Under the pieces are notes generated by a model that did no database searches, was not told the DNA's origin, and saw only the letters and a list, made by a program, of their open reading frames with translations. 64,000 bases of DNA from Eledone cirrhosa (Eukaryota), in the NCBI GenBank assembly GCA_964016885.1, contig OZ024740.1, forward strand, positions 296,608,001 through 296,672,000. The letters are read 5' to 3'. Position numbers and translations under genes: made by a program. Shown here one piece after another: positions 60,934 through 64,000 of the stretch. Every line of letters starts with the position of its first letter. The stretch's first letter is position 1.

Positions 60934-63900
60934 CTACCCCATATCCCTCCCTCCCGCCCCCAGTCTCCACCTTTACTATTTGGACCAATCACAAGTCAAC
61001 GGCCTATGCTATCACTACTGGCTGCTTTTCGATATGATGGATGGACTAAGGAATTTCTGGAGAGTCTGAAGAATCTGGACACTCGATGACAATGCCAAAG
61101 ATAACGACAAATTCACCTGATGCTGCCGGACGAAAGGGCAAGCCCCCCCTCTTTGTTTCGGCCGCGGATGGCCAACATAACCCCAAACTCATTCCCCTCA
61201 CCCCTCCCCGCGCCCCATCCTCCAAACACAATCCAAAACTTCAGAGTTGGTACCATGAACGTAGGCACCTTAAAAGGCCGCTCTAACGAGGTTGTAGAAT
61301 TGCTTGAACGTAAGGAGGTTGATGTTTGCTGTATCCAAGAGACTAGGTGGAGGGGCGGGTCTGCTAGATTCATTGTGGGTAAAAAACATTGTTATAAGCT
61401 TTTCTGGGTGGGGAATGACAATGAGATAGGTGGGGTAGGAATCATGTTAGCAGAAAAATGGGTGGATAAGATAATAGATGTAAATAGAGTGAATGACAGA
61501 ATAATTAAAATAAGACTTGTTCTAAACAGAACTACTGTGACAGTAATATCTGCATACGCACCCCAATCCGGACTGCCTGGCGCTATAAAAGACAGATTCT
61601 ATGAGACACTGATGCTCACTACCTCCCAAATAACCGACAGTGACTATATAATTATTGCTGGCGACCTAAATGGTCACGTTGGACAACATTGTGACGGCTA
61701 TGACGGAATCCACGGAGGCTATGGGTTTGGTACTAGAAACGAGGAAGGCTCCAGAATCCTGGAATTCTGTGATGCAAACAACCTAACTATCTGTAACACT
61801 AACTTCAAAAAACGAGACAATCACTTGATCACCTACAGATCAGGAGAAAATACCAGCCACGTAGATTATATCCTTACCAGAAGACGTGACAGAATATCTG
61901 TTGTAAACACTAAATCCCTCCCCCATGAAGAATGCACCTCCCAACATAGACTGATAATTAGCGATCTCATAGTCAGGACGAGACGTACTAGACAGCAGAA
62001 GAGGACTATCCTCAGGAGAAAAATATGGAAGCTAAAGGATCCCACAGCCAGAAATAAATTTCAAAGCATATTACTTGATGCTTTCGACAGTAAGGAAGAG
62101 CAATTAGAGTCGTACAAGGTAGAGGAACAGTGGGAATTCCTGAAAGCAAACCTGCTGATGGCGGCAGACGGAGTCTGTGGCTGGAGCAGGCCTGTAGGCA
62201 GGAGGAGAGTAACATGGTGGTGGAACAGTAAGGTGGAGGGGTCAATCAAGGCCAAAAAGCAGGTTTGGAAAGCATGGCGGGATGGGGGAAGTAGAGAAGA
62301 CTATCAAGTGGCCAGGAGGGAAGCTAGGAGACAAGTGTACTTCGCAAGAAGGGAAGCAGAGGAAAGAAAGTTCAAGCATGTTCTACAACGCGAGGACCAA
62401 AAACGTGAGGTGTTCAGGATTGCTAGGCAATGTGTCAAGGAAAACCATGATATTGTCGGGGAGAAGTGTGTACTTAACGATGATGGCGTACTTGCCATCA
62501 CTGACGCTGATAAGAAGGTAGCTTGGAAGTGTCACTACGAAAGGCTACTAAATGAGGAGAATAAATGGGAGAAAGACAGTCTCCCCCACATCGACCCAAT
62601 AGAGGGACCAGCAGTGTTAGTCGAAGGTAGTATAATAAGTAAGGCAATCAAAGATATGAAGACGGGTAAGGCGGCTGGGCCTTCGGAAATAGTTGCTGAG
62701 ATGCTGAAAGCCTCCGGTACGGTGGGACACACCATGGTCACTCGGATAGTAAACCAAGTCATACAGAATGGGGTTGTTCCGAAGGACTGGCGTAGCAGCA
62801 TCATCGTTAACTGTTACAAGGGTAAAGGAGACGCCCTAGATAGGAGTAACTTTAGAGGCATTAAATTAATCGACCAGGTCATGAAGGTCACAGAAAAAGT
62901 AATAGCGCAACTAATCAGAGAGAGAATTGATCTAGATGAAATGCAGTTCGGGTTTGTGTCAGGCAAAAGTACCACAGACGCTCTTTTCATTGTACGACAA
63001 CTACAGGAGAAGTAACTAGCTAAAAGTAAACCCCTATACTTAGCTTTTGTCGACTTGGAGAAAGCCTTCGACAGAGTCCCCTGTTCCATTATCTGGTGGG
63101 CTCTTAGAAAACTAGGTGTTGACGAATGGCTTGTGAGAGCTATACAAGCCATGTATAAAGAAACAGTCAGCAAGGTTAGAATTAACAACGAATATAGTGA
63201 AGAGTTTAGCGTAAAAGTTGGTGTCCATCAGGGCTCTGATCTTAGCCCCCTACTATTTATTATTGCCCTTCAGGCTATAATAGAGGAGTTGAAGACCGGC
63301 TGCCCATGGGAACTCCTATACGCAGATGATCTAATGCTCATAGCTGAATCAATGGCCGAGCTAGAGAAGAAATTCCAAACATGGAAGCACGGCCTAGAAT
63401 CAAAAGGCCTTAAAATTAACCTGGCTAAGACTAAAGTTCTAGTTTGTAGGAAAGAAAATAAGGCGCCGGTCCCCTCCAGGAAATGGCCATGCTCAGTGTG
63501 TAGGAAAGGCGTAGGTAGAAACTCCATTTTATGTCCCAAATGCAAAGTATGGGTGCATAAAAGATGTAGTGGGATCACAGGTAAGTTAACTAAGAACACA
63601 GATTTTACATGTGGCCGGTGCTCTGGTGCAATAAGTAGCAGCAAGTGCCCAAAAAATACTAGCTCTTTCAATTGCGCAGGGGGTTCTATAGAAATAGTGG
63701 ACAGCTTCTGTTACCTGGGTGACAAAATCAGCAGTGGGGGAGGGTGCTCTGAAAGTACAGTAGCTAGAGTCAGAACTGGATGGAAAAAGTTCAGAGAGCT
63801 TATACCACTATTAGCCGCTAAAGGGTTCTCCCTAAACATGAAAGGCAGGTTGTATGATGCCTGCATACGAACAGCAATGTTGCATGGCAGTGAGACCTGG

Positions 63901-64000
63901 GCATTGTGTGCAGAGGATATACGCAGACTAGAGAGGAACGAAGCTTGCATGCTCCGCTGGATGTGTAATAGTAATATACGTGAACGGCAAAGCATAAACG
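60934..64000 (+). mobile_element. Nearly intact RTE LINE (AP endonuclease plus RT), antisense in a CYP intron, running off the window
   Basis: ORF from 61120: GTMNV, IQET, SAYAP, GDLNGHVG, VDYIL, SQH. A single TAA at 63013-63015, then the frame stays open to 64000 through FVDLEKAFDRV, YADD (63319-63330), FCYLG and LHGSETW. Confidence 0.96.
60950..60991 (+). promoter_or_regulatory. Candidate LINE internal promoter (GC box and CCAAT box)
   Basis: ctcccgccccc and gaccaatca at the 5' end of the RTE element; motif match only. Confidence 0.3.

Overview
Repeat-dense animal (eukaryotic) DNA; the SINE/LINE repertoire suggests a mollusc, probably an octopus, but that is inference. Bases 1-30862 are a single satellite array, open at the left edge. 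It is built from a 20-bp monomer (TTTTTTATTTGGGTGCCCCG) and an 18-19-bp G-rich sister monomer (TTTTTT(T)ATGGGGGGTCCG), with a near-identical ~1862-bp higher-order repeat (HOR) core at about 5.3-17.8 kb and more diverged patchwork flanks. All ORFs there are artefacts. Bases 30.9-64 kb hold nested transposon remnants: RTE LINEs (one nearly intact, with a PHD-type finger inside its RT domain), a Tx1 LINE sitting in (TATC)n, a Penelope GIY-YIG fragment, a non-autonomous Helitron, a Tigger/pogo fragment, a hAT MITE, SINEs, three hammerhead-ribozyme motifs and mini/microsatellites. The only host gene I can support is the 3' five coding exons of a CYP4-clan cytochrome P450 on the minus strand (59556 to 50080); its 5' exons appear to lie beyond the window. 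I see no clear-cut new multi-gene system. The most intriguing items are the satellite architecture, a partial CYP exon duplicate differing only at synonymous sites, the PHD-in-RT LINE, the microsatellite-embedded Tx1 element and an intact hammerhead core.
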